Shown here: positions 44,881 to 53,938 of the stretch, piece after piece
Layout: each line of letters begins with the position of its first letter
Numbering within the stretch: the stretch's first letter is position 1
Virus record (IMG/VR): IMGVR_UViG_3300048583_000290
Span: 1 to 53,938 of that record
Reading direction: 5' to 3' (one strand)
Source: a virus
Taxonomy: Duplodnaviria > Caudoviricetes
DNA: 53,938 bases
The notes under the pieces: model-generated
Told to the model about the DNA's origin: nothing
Databases searched by the model: none
The model's input: only the letters and a program-made list of their open reading frames with translations
Program-made: the position numbers and the translations under genes

Positions 44881-46092
44881 TTACCACCTCCAAATGCGCA
44901 GCGACGACGCGCCGCCCGCTCCAACTTTTGCCGTTCCGCTCGCATCGATGAGCACCGGCTGTTCACCGCCTGATGCCGCAGGGTCAGGGAATGACAGCTG
45001 AACGGCGCGCAAATCGAACGCATAGCCGCCCGAATCATTGACTGCGGCGAACAACATCGAAATTGGCGTGGCCTTCAGCTTGGCCGGCATGAAGCGGTCA
45101 TAGCTGGCGTCGCCAAGATAGATGGATGCCGAAATGTCGATGGTCGCTGTGCCGAGATTGTAGCGTTGCGGTGCGAGCTTGCCGATGCAATTCTGCGGCG
45201 TCGCATTGTTCGACAGCGAAAGCGTCATCGACTGAATGCAAAAATCGGTCGGCTGGCCGTCAACAGTGACCATCGGCATGTCGATGGAGCCATTGAGCGG
45301 GGTTGAAGTTGATGCCGGGTTGGCGGTGCCGCCCGCGCTGATGATGCGCTGGCGCATCGATGGGTGCTCCTGCTCATAACCGTTGGACAGAAAGCCAAAG
45401 ACGCCGGTGACAATTTCGCCATAGGCGATGTTCAAATTCATCGTGTTGACGAGGCTGCCGCTGTAACGCTGCGAATGCTCATTTGTCGACAGCATATGCA
45501 GCACGTCAGTGTATGCCTTGCTGAGCGTCCATGAGCGAATGTCAGACCCGATATCAATGTAATCGGGGAACAAAACGCTGGCAGCGGCGGCCACTTCCGT
45601 TTCTGCTGCGCGCGGCACCGCAACAGTAATCCCGCCATTTGTCGAAACGACCTGAACCGGGCCGTTGTTGGCTGGGGCATCGAAACCGCTCAGAAACAAC
45701 ACGTCGCCGACGGAAATGTCGGGGCCAAGGGTCGGACCAGCCAGAAGCGCGAGTTGTTCATCGGTCGGATTTTTGGTCAAAGTGAATGCGCCGACCCATT
45801 CGACGCCAGAAACCCAGTCACTCATCATCGCACCGGCGATGAATTCTTCATAGAGCGCATCTTTGCTCAGCTCAATATTGAGGTCGCCGCCAGACTCAAG
45901 GCCTGTGACGACCATACCGGCGCTCATTCGGTCGCGGCGCAATTCCGCGCTTTGCGTCGTTGTCGGGGTGCCAGAAAGGCTCTCGCTGACATAGCGTGCC
46001 GTGTCCGCAACAGTGGATGCAGAAAAATCCGGCGTCTTGCCATACACGGCTTCCGCAAGTGCAATGATTTCAACTGCTGAGGCGCTCGACAT
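44881..46092 (-). CDS. Major tail tube protein
   Basis: E..YG.TP, S.ELR.DR, GGD.N.ELS; position in the module. Confidence 0.85.
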   Translation of the reverse strand: MSSASAVEIIALAEAVYGKTPDFSASTVADTARYVSESLSGTPTTTQSAELRRDRMSAGMVVTGLESGGDLNIELSKDALYEEFIAGAMMSDWVSGVEWVGAFTLTKNPTDEQLALLAGPTLGPDISVGDVLFLSGFDAPANNGPVQVVSTNGGITVAVPRAAETEVAAAASVLFPDYIDIGSDIRSWTLSKAYTDVLHMLSTNEHSQRYSGSLVNTMNLNIAYGEIVTGVFGFLSNGYEQEHPSMRQRIISAGGTANPASTSTPLNGSIDMPMVTVDGQPTDFCIQSMTLSLSNNATPQNCIGKLAPQRYNLGTATIDISASIYLGDASYDRFMPAKLKATPISMLFAAVNDSGGYAFDLRAVQLSFPDPAASGGEQPVLIDASGTAKVGAGGASSLRIWRW

Positions 46093-46106
46093 CTGTTATC
46101 TCCCAA

Positions 46107-46517
46107 TCAACATTCATCACGATAAAAGTTCAAACGCGCAACAAAGAGTTGCCACTTGCCGTCCGTCAAACCTTCAGCAGAGAAAGTTGAGACAGTCTCG
46201 ATGACCGTCAGGCCTATCCTACGACCTCGGAGAAGCAGACGCAAGCGGTTCCCGTATTCACGTGCTAAATTTCCGCCCTGCCCTACAGGGTTGGCGAGGA
46301 TTAACTGGACGATGCCAAAGTCTCTGTATCCATTGGACGTGTTGACGGCAATCGTCGTAATCTGCTGAGAAGCCGCCGGAAAATCAACGAGCAGCACGCA
46401 GTTGCCCTCGACAGCAGGCAAATCTTCCAGCGACATAACGTCATCCAGAGCGAAGATTTGCGTGTCTGTCCATTCGGCGGTCAACGCTGACATGATTTCA
46501 TCGCGATGATTGCCCAT
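46107..46517 (-). CDS. Tail terminator-like protein
   Basis: Size and position; R.FG.VQ.....P.GQG. Confidence 0.65.
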   Translation of the reverse strand: MGNHRDEIMSALTAEWTDTQIFALDDVMSLEDLPAVEGNCVLLVDFPAASQQITTIAVNTSNGYRDFGIVQLILANPVGQGGNLAREYGNRLRLLLRGRRIGLTVIETVSTFSAEGLTDGKWQLFVARLNFYRDEC

Positions 46518-47458
46518 CAGCGTGTCCTCGTCGTCAAATAGCGGCGTGGATTGGTCTTGCGGCTTTCAGGCAGAAGGCGACGGCCATAGATAAGGTTCTG
46601 GCTGCCTTTGGGGCTTTCCCTGCGATATGAAAGATTGCGGCTGACCGGGCGAATGTCTGCGCGAACATTGCTCAGGATGGTTCCGATTTCAATAACCGGA
46701 ACGGCCAAAGGATTGTATGGCTTCCCCGCCTTCGAGAATGCGCGAATTTGTCCGAATTTGGTCGGGTCACGATAGCTGAAGTTCACCGAAACATTTGGCA
46801 ATTTGCTGGCCGCGACCGCTGCTGCTGCAAACAGCCCGCCGTCTTTCATTGATTCGAGCGGGCTGGCATAGCGAGCGCGACTGAAAATTTGGATGTTCGT
46901 CGCGCCGCCAACTTTCGTCCAGTCAATCGGCGATGCAGGCTTCCCTGCGACAAGCACGGTGAAGAAGCGAGAAGTGAACCCTGACGTTTCATAGAAGCCA
47001 GTGGAATAGCGCGGATTGAACGAGGATGGCACTTTGGAGCGCAGGTGAGCCATAATGATATTGAAGGCGCGTTGCAAATCTGGGATGAGAGCTTTGCCGA
47101 GCGCAATTGGCAGAGCTTCAATCAGCTGCGGGAATTCATCGCCGCTGCGACCAAAGAGCGGGGCATTTTGAACGCCGTCAACTTTGACGATGTATTGGGT
47201 CGGGTCATCACCAAGATATTGAAAGATTGATTCGCGTGCGAGCCGCGTGGCTGTTGTGCGGATGAAGGTGCCCATCGACTGCCCGGCATCTTCATATGCA
47301 TATTCAATGTCAACGGTGACGTCAACAAAAGAGCCATCAGGCGCTGTGTATCTTTCGGCGCCATCTGCTGGCAGCGGAATTGGTGGCGGGCTTTCTGGTT
47401 CCGCCAGCTGGCGGCGCGTCGGCCACCTAAATGGTCTGGCAAGACGAGAGGCCATCAC
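46517..47458 (-). CDS. Neck / tail-completion protein (putative)
   Basis: Position between head closure and tail terminator. Confidence 0.55.
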   Translation of the reverse strand: MMASRLARPFRWPTRRQLAEPESPPPIPLPADGAERYTAPDGSFVDVTVDIEYAYEDAGQSMGTFIRTTATRLARESIFQYLGDDPTQYIVKVDGVQNAPLFGRSGDEFPQLIEALPIALGKALIPDLQRAFNIIMAHLRSKVPSSFNPRYSTGFYETSGFTSRFFTVLVAGKPASPIDWTKVGGATNIQIFSRARYASPLESMKDGGLFAAAAVAASKLPNVSVNFSYRDPTKFGQIRAFSKAGKPYNPLAVPVIEIGTILSNVRADIRPVSRNLSYRRESPKGSQNLIYGRRLLPESRKTNPRRYLTTRTR

Positions 47459-47817
47459 CCCCTCACGTGCAGAACACGAGCATAAACGGTTCCGCCTATG
47501 CTGTATTGGTTGGCATCATCGTTAATAACGGCATAATCGCGCCCGCGAAAATGAACGCGGTCTTTCTGCTCCAAGCGGCGCGCAACAGGGAAAGCATCTG
47601 CGCGAACGATGAGGAACAAATCACCTTGCTTTGCTGGGCTTCCATCCTTCAAATCTTCCATCGTCATCGGCTTTGGTTTGGCCTTCACAGCTGGATGATT
47701 GGTGAAGGTATTTGGCGCCGTGTTTTCGCGGATAACAACATCTTCCCCAGCAGCATCAATCAATTCAAAGATTGGCGCAAAAGTGGCTTTGAGGAATGAT
47801 GTTGTCGGCAAGACCAT
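47455..47817 (-). CDS. Head closure / head-tail joining protein
   Basis: Size, position, beta-rich, C-terminal LHVRG. Confidence 0.65.
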   Translation of the reverse strand: MVLPTTSFLKATFAPIFELIDAAGEDVVIRENTAPNTFTNHPAVKAKPKPMTMEDLKDGSPAKQGDLFLIVRADAFPVARRLEQKDRVHFRGRDYAVINDDANQYSIGGTVYARVLHVRG

Positions 47818-48431
47818 CAGCCGACCCCCAACACTGACTCGCGGCTGTAGCGGTCGAGAATTGTCGTGACTGAACCTGGCAGGATGCCCCAAGGGTCACT
47901 CCCGCCGCCTTCACCGGCGGCCAATGCCTTGGCTCCAACATCAAGGTCAACGGAACCGATGCCGACAAGGCTGACCTTTTTAACGGCGCCAGCACCAACG
48001 ATGAGATTGCCGCCCGTTTCTGCACCCCACCCTGGTGTCGCCGCCCAAGCGGCATCGAATGCAGCGATGATTGCCCATAGCAAATCTGGCGGATAAGTTT
48101 CAAAACCGCCTTTCCATTTGACGACGACAGGGAAGGATGAGTGGTGAAAAATCATCCCGCGCGCATAATCGACGCGGGTGCGCGTCAACGTCAGATAGCT
48201 GCCATTTTCCGTTTCGATAATGACAGAACCGACAACAACCGGCCAACGGCGAAGCAGAATTGTTCCGCGGCCTTCAAACGCCTGCTCGTCATCAAGGAAT
48301 TCAATCTTGCGGTCGAGATATGATTCAATGAGGGCGATGGCGAACGCAAGAGCAGCGGCCAATTCAAGGTCGCGCGAGGCGTCATCTTCAGCCAAGCCGA
48401 TGCGAACGCGCAGCTGTTCAATAGTCGGCAT
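47817..48431 (-). CDS. Head-tail adaptor (gp6-like)
   Basis: IESYLDR, L.RWPV, GGF...PPDL..A, ILDRY. Confidence 0.8.
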   Translation of the reverse strand: MPTIEQLRVRIGLAEDDASRDLELAAALAFAIALIESYLDRKIEFLDDEQAFEGRGTILLRRWPVVVGSVIIETENGSYLTLTRTRVDYARGMIFHHSSFPVVVKWKGGFETYPPDLLWAIIAAFDAAWAATPGWGAETGGNLIVGAGAVKKVSLVGIGSVDLDVGAKALAAGEGGGSDPWGILPGSVTTILDRYSRESVLGVG

Positions 48432-49852
48432 CAGCGGACAAGCCCCAGTTTCTTGAGAGCGTCAACAACGGCCAATTCAGTTTGCATCTTGATGAAAGGC
48501 GCCAAAGCATCGAGGGGGACGCCGAACATTTCGCCATCTTCGCGCAAAAAGGTCATCCTGTTCTCGGCGATTGTCACATCGACAACTGCTGGCGCTGGAA
48601 GGCCAATGTCGCCTTTATCGCCTTTGTCGCCCTTGTTGCCCTTTTCGCCGCGCTTGGCGAACATGCGGGCCTTGCCGCCGATGACGAGAAATGCCGTTCC
48701 ATCATCAATGAAGAAGTCACCATCTTCATAGGCTTCACCTTCGCGCTTGACGCCCTTCCAACCAAAGCCAGAAGTGCCGAGCCGCGCCCAATCATCGCCG
48801 CCGCCGCCCGGTGCATCCACCGTGTCGCGCAACGCTTTGGCATAGCGACCAAGGTCATATTGGACAATCGAGCCTTCGCGGTAAATGCCAGGTTCCCACT
48901 GCTTGACGATGATGCCGACGCCGGGTTCGCCGTCATCGCCCTTGTCGCCTTTTTCTGGGTAGCGCGATGCCAATTCTGCAAACGTGACCGCATCCGCTTC
49001 AAGGCCAGCGCGGATTAGCTGAATGTCGCTCTTGATGCTTGAAGCACTGGCCTCGATTGCGCTTTTGGTTTCCTCGATGGCTGCGAAGGCGTTGGCCAGC
49101 TGCGGTGCAAGCGCAGCGTGCTGCTCTTCAAGCGCCGTCAATGCAGCTCCGCTCTCCAAAGCTGCAATGTCCTGCTTCGACACCGCATCAAGCAACTTGG
49201 CAACTTCATCGCTGAATGCCGAAAGCCGCGCCGAATGTTCTGCTGCAGCTGCCGAGCGTTCGCCTTCGACAGAAAGCAACTTGGCTTCAAAAGCGGATTG
49301 AAGCGTGGTCAGCTTTTCTGCAAAGTGCGTCTGGACAAACTTGGCTGCCGACGCAGCGGCTTCTTCAAAAGCATTGAGCTTGAGCGCAAAGCCTGCCAAA
49401 TCGCCGTCGATTGCACTTTTGAGTTCGCCAATCTCCGATACGATGCGCGAGCCGAGCAGCGTGTCTGCGGTTTCGGTCGCAGACTTCAAATCTTCAATCC
49501 AGCCGAGCAGTTCAGTGCGCGTCGTTTCAAAAGTCCCGATGTGCGTGGACAAAGCCTCGGTGGTAGCCAAATCTGCAAGCCGCGCCTGCAAATCCGACAA
49601 GCGCGACTTGATGCCGGCTGTTTCCGCCAGAGCTTCCGCAACACCAGAAGCGACACCGCGCAAATCCGCCTTCAGCGATGCCGTTGCAGCATCGACCGTG
49701 GCTGTAAGCTCATCGTTTTTGCTCGAAAACGCGCTTTCAGCATTCTTTATTTGTTCGGCGAGCAAGGCTAGTCCGCCGCTAGTCCGCCCGCGCTCGCTCA
49801 GCAGCGTTTCACCGACAGAGTCAGCAATCGCTTTGATGAGGTTTTCGTTCAC
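48431..49852 (-). CDS. Coiled-coil plus collagen-like virion protein
   Basis: About 300-aa heptad region, GXY runs (GDKGDDGEPG; GEKGNKGDKGDKGDIG), W.PG.Y..G..V motif. Confidence 0.7.
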   Translation of the reverse strand: MNENLIKAIADSVGETLLSERGRTSGGLALLAEQIKNAESAFSSKNDELTATVDAATASLKADLRGVASGVAEALAETAGIKSRLSDLQARLADLATTEALSTHIGTFETTRTELLGWIEDLKSATETADTLLGSRIVSEIGELKSAIDGDLAGFALKLNAFEEAAASAAKFVQTHFAEKLTTLQSAFEAKLLSVEGERSAAAAEHSARLSAFSDEVAKLLDAVSKQDIAALESGAALTALEEQHAALAPQLANAFAAIEETKSAIEASASSIKSDIQLIRAGLEADAVTFAELASRYPEKGDKGDDGEPGVGIIVKQWEPGIYREGSIVQYDLGRYAKALRDTVDAPGGGGDDWARLGTSGFGWKGVKREGEAYEDGDFFIDDGTAFLVIGGKARMFAKRGEKGNKGDKGDKGDIGLPAPAVVDVTIAENRMTFLREDGEMFGVPLDALAPFIKMQTELAVVDALKKLGLVR

Positions 49853-51234
49853 GCCTTGACCTTCATCGCAAGGAATTTGTTCATCAGCGCCTTGACGTCA
49901 TCCGGCGATGGCTCAGGCTCATCTGTAACTGGCGGCGCAGCTGGCGGCGCAGCGTTGGCAGCGACTTTGGCCAACTCATTGTCGAGAATTTCGTTGATGC
50001 GGTTGACCGGCACCATCTGGCGCTGAAGAAATGCGCTGTTGCCACCGGGCGTTGGGCCATAGCCCTCTTTGCCGCGAGCTTCATCGGGCGTGAACAAGCC
50101 GCCCTGAACAGCTTTGGTGAGGGCTTCGATGCGCTTTTCAAAGCTGGTGCGGAGCAACGCTGTCGTGTCAAGCTCGATGTAATCGGTGCCGGAAAGGCCA
50201 AACAGCGCGTCAAATGTGCGCTCTGTGTGCTCCAAATAGCTTCCAAGACTGATGCTCAGCCAATGGCTGATGAGAGCTTCAGTGTTGGAGTTGGCTGTCT
50301 TGCCGGTGCTGCCGACCAATTCTGGCGGCACGCCATACACGCGGCAAATTTCCTCGATGGACATGCGTTGCGCTTCGACAAGCTGCGCGTCCTGACTGTT
50401 GACTGACAGTTGCTGAAACTTCAACCCGTTGCTGAGGATTGGCATTCCGCCTTGCGCCCACGACTTACTCTGGGCATCGAACGCTTCGCGCAACCGCATC
50501 ATCTGCTCTTTGGTGAGCGACTGTTCAGTTGACAAAATCCCGCTGGCGCGGTTCATCCGATTGAAAAAGGCGTTCTGCGAGGTGCTCAATGCTACGTTGA
50601 TGCCGACCGCCAGAGCCGCAGCTTTGATTGGCGATTCACCGATAAGCGGATGGCGAGGCGTGTGGAATTTCAAGTGAATGACATCACGCGCCGGGACGAT
50701 GAATGACGGGTCTGTTCCTGCCAGCTGGTTGCTGCCGAAGGCATAGTAAATGGAGCCATCTTCAGCAATGCGAACGCTTGTCGATGTGTTTGCCATCGGA
50801 TGAATGGCGTTCACTTCATTGCGGTCGTTGCGCGTGGCAAAGGCGAACGCCTCACCTTCAAACAATGCGGTGGCAATCATGTTCAGCAGGAAGCCGGGTG
50901 TCGTTTGATAGCTGTTTGGCCGGTTCATCACACGGAACGCAGCGGAGTTCGTCACTTGCTCGTATGAATTTCCAGTCTTGCGAACGTGAAGTGGGTAGCA
51001 CTGCGATGTTGCGCGAGCGATGCTCATCACGCAAGCATAAGCGGTCGGCACATGCCGCGCGGTCATCCCGTTGACAAAGAGATTGCGCTGCCAGCCATCT
51101 TCCAGTTCGCCCATCTGGAACATGTTGCCATTCTCGCCCATTCCATTGAACGGGCCGCGCCACGAGCCTTCGCTTGACACCAAACCTTTGATGGTCTGCT
51201 GAACCCTAGCAATGAATGAAGGTGCGCTCGCCAT
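49849..51234 (-). CDS. Portal protein (HK97 family)
   Basis: RPN.YQT, DVIH.K, G.SPI, DAQLVE, EEICRVYGVPP, TPDEAR. Confidence 0.95.
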   Translation of the reverse strand: MASAPSFIARVQQTIKGLVSSEGSWRGPFNGMGENGNMFQMGELEDGWQRNLFVNGMTARHVPTAYACVMSIARATSQCYPLHVRKTGNSYEQVTNSAAFRVMNRPNSYQTTPGFLLNMIATALFEGEAFAFATRNDRNEVNAIHPMANTSTSVRIAEDGSIYYAFGSNQLAGTDPSFIVPARDVIHLKFHTPRHPLIGESPIKAAALAVGINVALSTSQNAFFNRMNRASGILSTEQSLTKEQMMRLREAFDAQSKSWAQGGMPILSNGLKFQQLSVNSQDAQLVEAQRMSIEEICRVYGVPPELVGSTGKTANSNTEALISHWLSISLGSYLEHTERTFDALFGLSGTDYIELDTTALLRTSFEKRIEALTKAVQGGLFTPDEARGKEGYGPTPGGNSAFLQRQMVPVNRINEILDNELAKVAANAAPPAAPPVTDEPEPSPDDVKALMNKFLAMKVKA

Positions 51235-51244
51235 CAGGCGTCCT

Positions 51245-51763
51245 TTACTTGGCGGGCTTTGTCACTTTGGCTGGGGGCGGCGTAGGGGCGGCGCTAGGGG
51301 CCGCGACCGGGGCGGCTGGGGTAGGGGCCGCGACCGGGGCCGCGACCGCGTTAGGGGGTGTCGTCGGGGCGGCGGCGCGCGGGGCCGGGGCCGGGGCGAT
51401 AACCGGCACTGATTGCGCAAGCGGATTGTAGTTGTAGTTTTCAACAACCCAATCCTTCTTTGCCTGAAGCGGCACCGTTGCCCATGCATCTGGGCGGCAA
51501 GGCAGATTGGCCTCGTGCGCTTGAACCCAAGCGTCAAGGTCATACACATTCAGGCCGGCAATTTCAGCCTTGAGCACTTCTTCAGGGTCTGGTTCGGGGT
51601 CGGGTTCAGGGTCTGGGTCTGGCGGAGTTGGAGCGGGAGAAATGCGCCGGAACACATTGGCCATGAGCCGCGCGATGCTGCCATCTGCAAGGCCAGCCTG
51701 AATATCGGCAAAGGAAATGCGACGCAATCTGCGACCCAAAAATCCTTGTTCAACGATAAACAT
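51245..51763 (-). CDS. Hypothetical Pro/Ala-rich head-module protein
   Basis: AGGAG RBS; PDPEP and PVAAP low-complexity tracts. Confidence 0.65.
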   Translation of the reverse strand: MFIVEQGFLGRRLRRISFADIQAGLADGSIARLMANVFRRISPAPTPPDPDPEPDPEPDPEEVLKAEIAGLNVYDLDAWVQAHEANLPCRPDAWATVPLQAKKDWVVENYNYNPLAQSVPVIAPAPAPRAAAPTTPPNAVAAPVAAPTPAAPVAAPSAAPTPPPAKVTKPAK

Positions 51764-51787
51764 CAAATCCGCTCCTTGTAAATCCAG

Positions 51788-51830
51788 AGGCGGGAAGGGG
51801 AGCAGCTTTGCGCCACTGCCCTTCCCGCCT
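51788..51830 (-). other. Stem-loop after the capsid gene (attenuator or stabiliser)
   Basis: AGGCGGGAAGGG/CCCTTCCCGCCT 12-bp stem without a U-tract. Confidence 0.5.
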
Positions 51831-51855
51831 GAGGCCCAAAACAGGCCTGGGTGTG

Positions 51856-53274
51856 TTAGCCCCAGTTGATGCCCGTCATGAACTGCGCCGCGTTCGGGTT
51901 GGTCTTGCCCCAGCTGAGGTGCGCGACCATCCGAATGCCGAGGCTGTAGGTCTGCCACAGCGACCGCGACTGAACGCCGGCAGCGCCGACCGCCAGACCA
52001 CCATTGGGGCCGACACGACCGGCTTCACCGGGCAGTGCCTGAGACGGCGGCGTGCCATCGGCGTTGGCTTCGGTGATGGTTGCGACATCGCTGACATCGA
52101 ATTCAATGCCGCCGAGCGCCATTGCGATGAAGGCGCCATCCAGGGCTGCGAGCATGTCGAGCGGGACATGGCCGGAGCTCACCTTCGGCAGACCGAGCAG
52201 GCGATTGGCGTTGAGTTCGGTCTTGTAGAGGAAGTCGCCCATCACGTTGACCATCATGCCTGCGGACAGGACATTGAGGTTGTTGGCGATGAGCACCGGG
52301 CGCTGGCCGAGCTTGTTGACGGTCATCGCCTTCAGCAGCGTCAGGATGTCGGCGCGGACATTTTCTTCCGGCAGACCGGCCGCAGGAACCAACGGCGTGA
52401 CGCCATAGAACGGCGATGCGGGCCGCACACCGGCGACAGCGTTGATGGTCGGCGTCAGGATTGCATGGTCAACGACCTTGGCATAGGCGTTGCGCATCAG
52501 CTCGCGCACGATGCCTTCGATTGCCGGCGTGGAGCGCGTGGTGATTTCCTTGCTCATCGTCGTGATGGCGGCGAGCTTGTAGGGGTTCAGCGTCATGCTG
52601 CCAAAGCCGAAGCTGGTGACCGGGATGACGCCGCCTTCACCGACCCATGCCGGCTCGGTCAGTTCATTGCCAATCGGGTCGGCATTGGGAATCTTGATGG
52701 AGCCATAGCCGCCGAAGTCGAAGTTCTGGACGAACGTGATGAGCTGCGCCGCAACGCTGACATCGGTGAGCTGGCCCATGAAGCCACGGACATCTTCCTG
52801 CACCAGTTCACCGGCCCAGGAAGGCACGCTGGTGACGGCAATCTGTTCCGCCGACTTGGAAATGAAATCGAGGGTTGCCTTGACGCGGTTGTCGTCGGGG
52901 TAGCGTTCCTCGATGACCTGGTCCACCGACTTCTTCTCAACATGCGCGAGCAGCTTGGCGGTTGCGTGCTTCCACATCAGCTCGCCGCCACCCTTGGGCG
53001 TGCGCAGGTGGTTCATGTTCGGGATGATGGCGGGCGCACCGGGGCCACCCTCGGTGCCGGCAGGGGCTGCGCGCGAAGCCAAAGCCTTTTCGGCCTTGCG
53101 CAGCGCGCCGATGGTGGTCGTCTGCTTTTCGACGCTGCCGGTCAATTCCTCGACCTGCATCAAAAGGCTTTCTTCATTCGGCGCTGCTTCGAGCGCCTTG
53201 ACAGCAGCGTTGAGGCTGTCCTTGCTGGTGACCAGTGCGGTTTCGGCCGCAACGATGCGTTCTGCGAGATTCAT
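51856..53274 (-). CDS. Major capsid protein (HK97 fold, with delta domain)
   Basis: N-terminal coiled coil, AWVGEG..IP, KLA.IT..SKE, SLWQ....GIR; GAGGA RBS. Confidence 0.93.
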   Translation of the reverse strand: MNLAERIVAAETALVTSKDSLNAAVKALEAAPNEESLLMQVEELTGSVEKQTTTIGALRKAEKALASRAAPAGTEGGPGAPAIIPNMNHLRTPKGGGELMWKHATAKLLAHVEKKSVDQVIEERYPDDNRVKATLDFISKSAEQIAVTSVPSWAGELVQEDVRGFMGQLTDVSVAAQLITFVQNFDFGGYGSIKIPNADPIGNELTEPAWVGEGGVIPVTSFGFGSMTLNPYKLAAITTMSKEITTRSTPAIEGIVRELMRNAYAKVVDHAILTPTINAVAGVRPASPFYGVTPLVPAAGLPEENVRADILTLLKAMTVNKLGQRPVLIANNLNVLSAGMMVNVMGDFLYKTELNANRLLGLPKVSSGHVPLDMLAALDGAFIAMALGGIEFDVSDVATITEANADGTPPSQALPGEAGRVGPNGGLAVGAAGVQSRSLWQTYSLGIRMVAHLSWGKTNPNAAQFMTGINWG

Positions 53275-53840
53275 GTCCGTGTCCTCAGAAAAAGGTTTGT
53301 GCGAGCGACAGCCCGCTTTGCAGCGTGGATTGCCTCTTGCGAGGCGGCTGGGCACGACACGGCCCCATTCGGCATTGCCATTGACGACAGGTCAAGGCCG
53401 AAATTCTTTGCGATGCGGACTGCCTGCGGGTTGGCAGGGACGCTAACGACAGAGCATTCAAGAAGCTCGATGGCGTTATATGTGATGCCGCCGAAATCAT
53501 TTGGGCGACCGGAACCCATGAACCCGATGGACGACGCCAACGGAACATCGTCTGTCAGAAGCGATGTGACCATCTGGCCGAGATTGGTTGACGCAAGCCG
53601 CAAATCGCCGAGCAGTTTTGTGCCCTCGACACGCAGCTTTTCCCAATAGCCGATTGGTTGGTGGCGGTCGTGCTGCCAGAGGCAAAGCAAATTGCCAGCT
53701 TTAGCTGCTGCGCTCCGCAGCGCGTCGATGGTGATGGTGTCTTGGTCACGGTCAAGCGCGGTGCTGCTCAGCACAAAAGTCCCGGCTGAACCCGGAGCCT
53801 TTGTTATCAGTGCTGTCGCAGTTTTGAGGCCGTTGGCCAT
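53271..53840 (-). CDS. HK97-family prohead protease
   Basis: DRDQD.I, LWQHD...PIG.W, SIGF, LLECSVVSVPANP.A. Confidence 0.93.
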   Translation of the reverse strand: MANGLKTATALITKAPGSAGTFVLSSTALDRDQDTITIDALRSAAAKAGNLLCLWQHDRHQPIGYWEKLRVEGTKLLGDLRLASTNLGQMVTSLLTDDVPLASSIGFMGSGRPNDFGGITYNAIELLECSVVSVPANPQAVRIAKNFGLDLSSMAMPNGAVSCPAASQEAIHAAKRAVARTNLFLRTRT

Positions 53841-53938
53841 CGCTTGAATCGTCCCCACGCTCGTTATCCGGTTGAGTATCTTGATTCGGAAAGCAGAGTC
53901 AAGCGGAAAACACGACTTTGCCCAAATTATTTCGGGCA
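53812..53938. repeat. Terminal 127-bp direct repeat (copy 2)
   Basis: Identical to 1-127. Confidence 0.9.

Noticed and set aside
51808-53649. 613-aa + strand ORF (likewise 26909-28117, 20875-21699, 24469-25221, 33653-34489)
   Set aside because: Antisense shadows of well-supported - strand genes; no motifs recognised
53812-53938. 127-bp terminal repeat as a biological direct terminal repeat
   Set aside because: Length matches a standard assembly k-mer, it cuts through the protease gene start, and the terminase/HNH type suggests cos ends elsewhere
1-53938. Lysogeny module or alternative genetic code
   Set aside because: No integrase, ParA or CI-like repressor recognised; genes translate full-length in the standard code, and the TAG-rich patches are intergenic or out of frame

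Overview
The window is an apparently complete tailed-phage (siphovirus-type) genome of about 53.8 kb. The first 127 bp recur at the end (53812-53938), as expected for a circularised assembly. Almost all genes are on the - strand. Packaging and head: HNH, TerS, TerL, HK97-type prohead protease, major capsid protein and portal. Tail: neck, tube, a chaperone with the lambda-type GGGAAAG -1 frameshift, tape measure, tip proteins and a 1,738-aa modular fibre. Lysis: M15 endolysin and holin. Replication: family-C DnaE polymerase, DnaQ exonuclease, SNF2 helicase, RepB-like primase, SF3 helicase, SSB and ATP ligase. There are also about 30 small early genes. No integrase or repressor was recognised, so it looks lytic. 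A PEP-CTERM moron and CtrA-like boxes point to an alphaproteobacterial host (inference). The four most notable signals are: (1) a nucleotide-modification-like operon beside dnaE, with a UGM-like flavoprotein, a ThyX with altered active-site motifs, a HAD/pyrophosphatase fusion, MazG and an NDT-like protein; (2) a covarying 5'-leader RNA hairpin with a GCGGU/C loop after at least 9 early promoters; (3) dispersed 120-150 bp CA/TG-free, CTAG-rich islands, some written into essential genes by synonymous recoding; (4) a phage-borne PEP-CTERM surface protein. All functional calls come from motif recognition by eye; no database searches were run.
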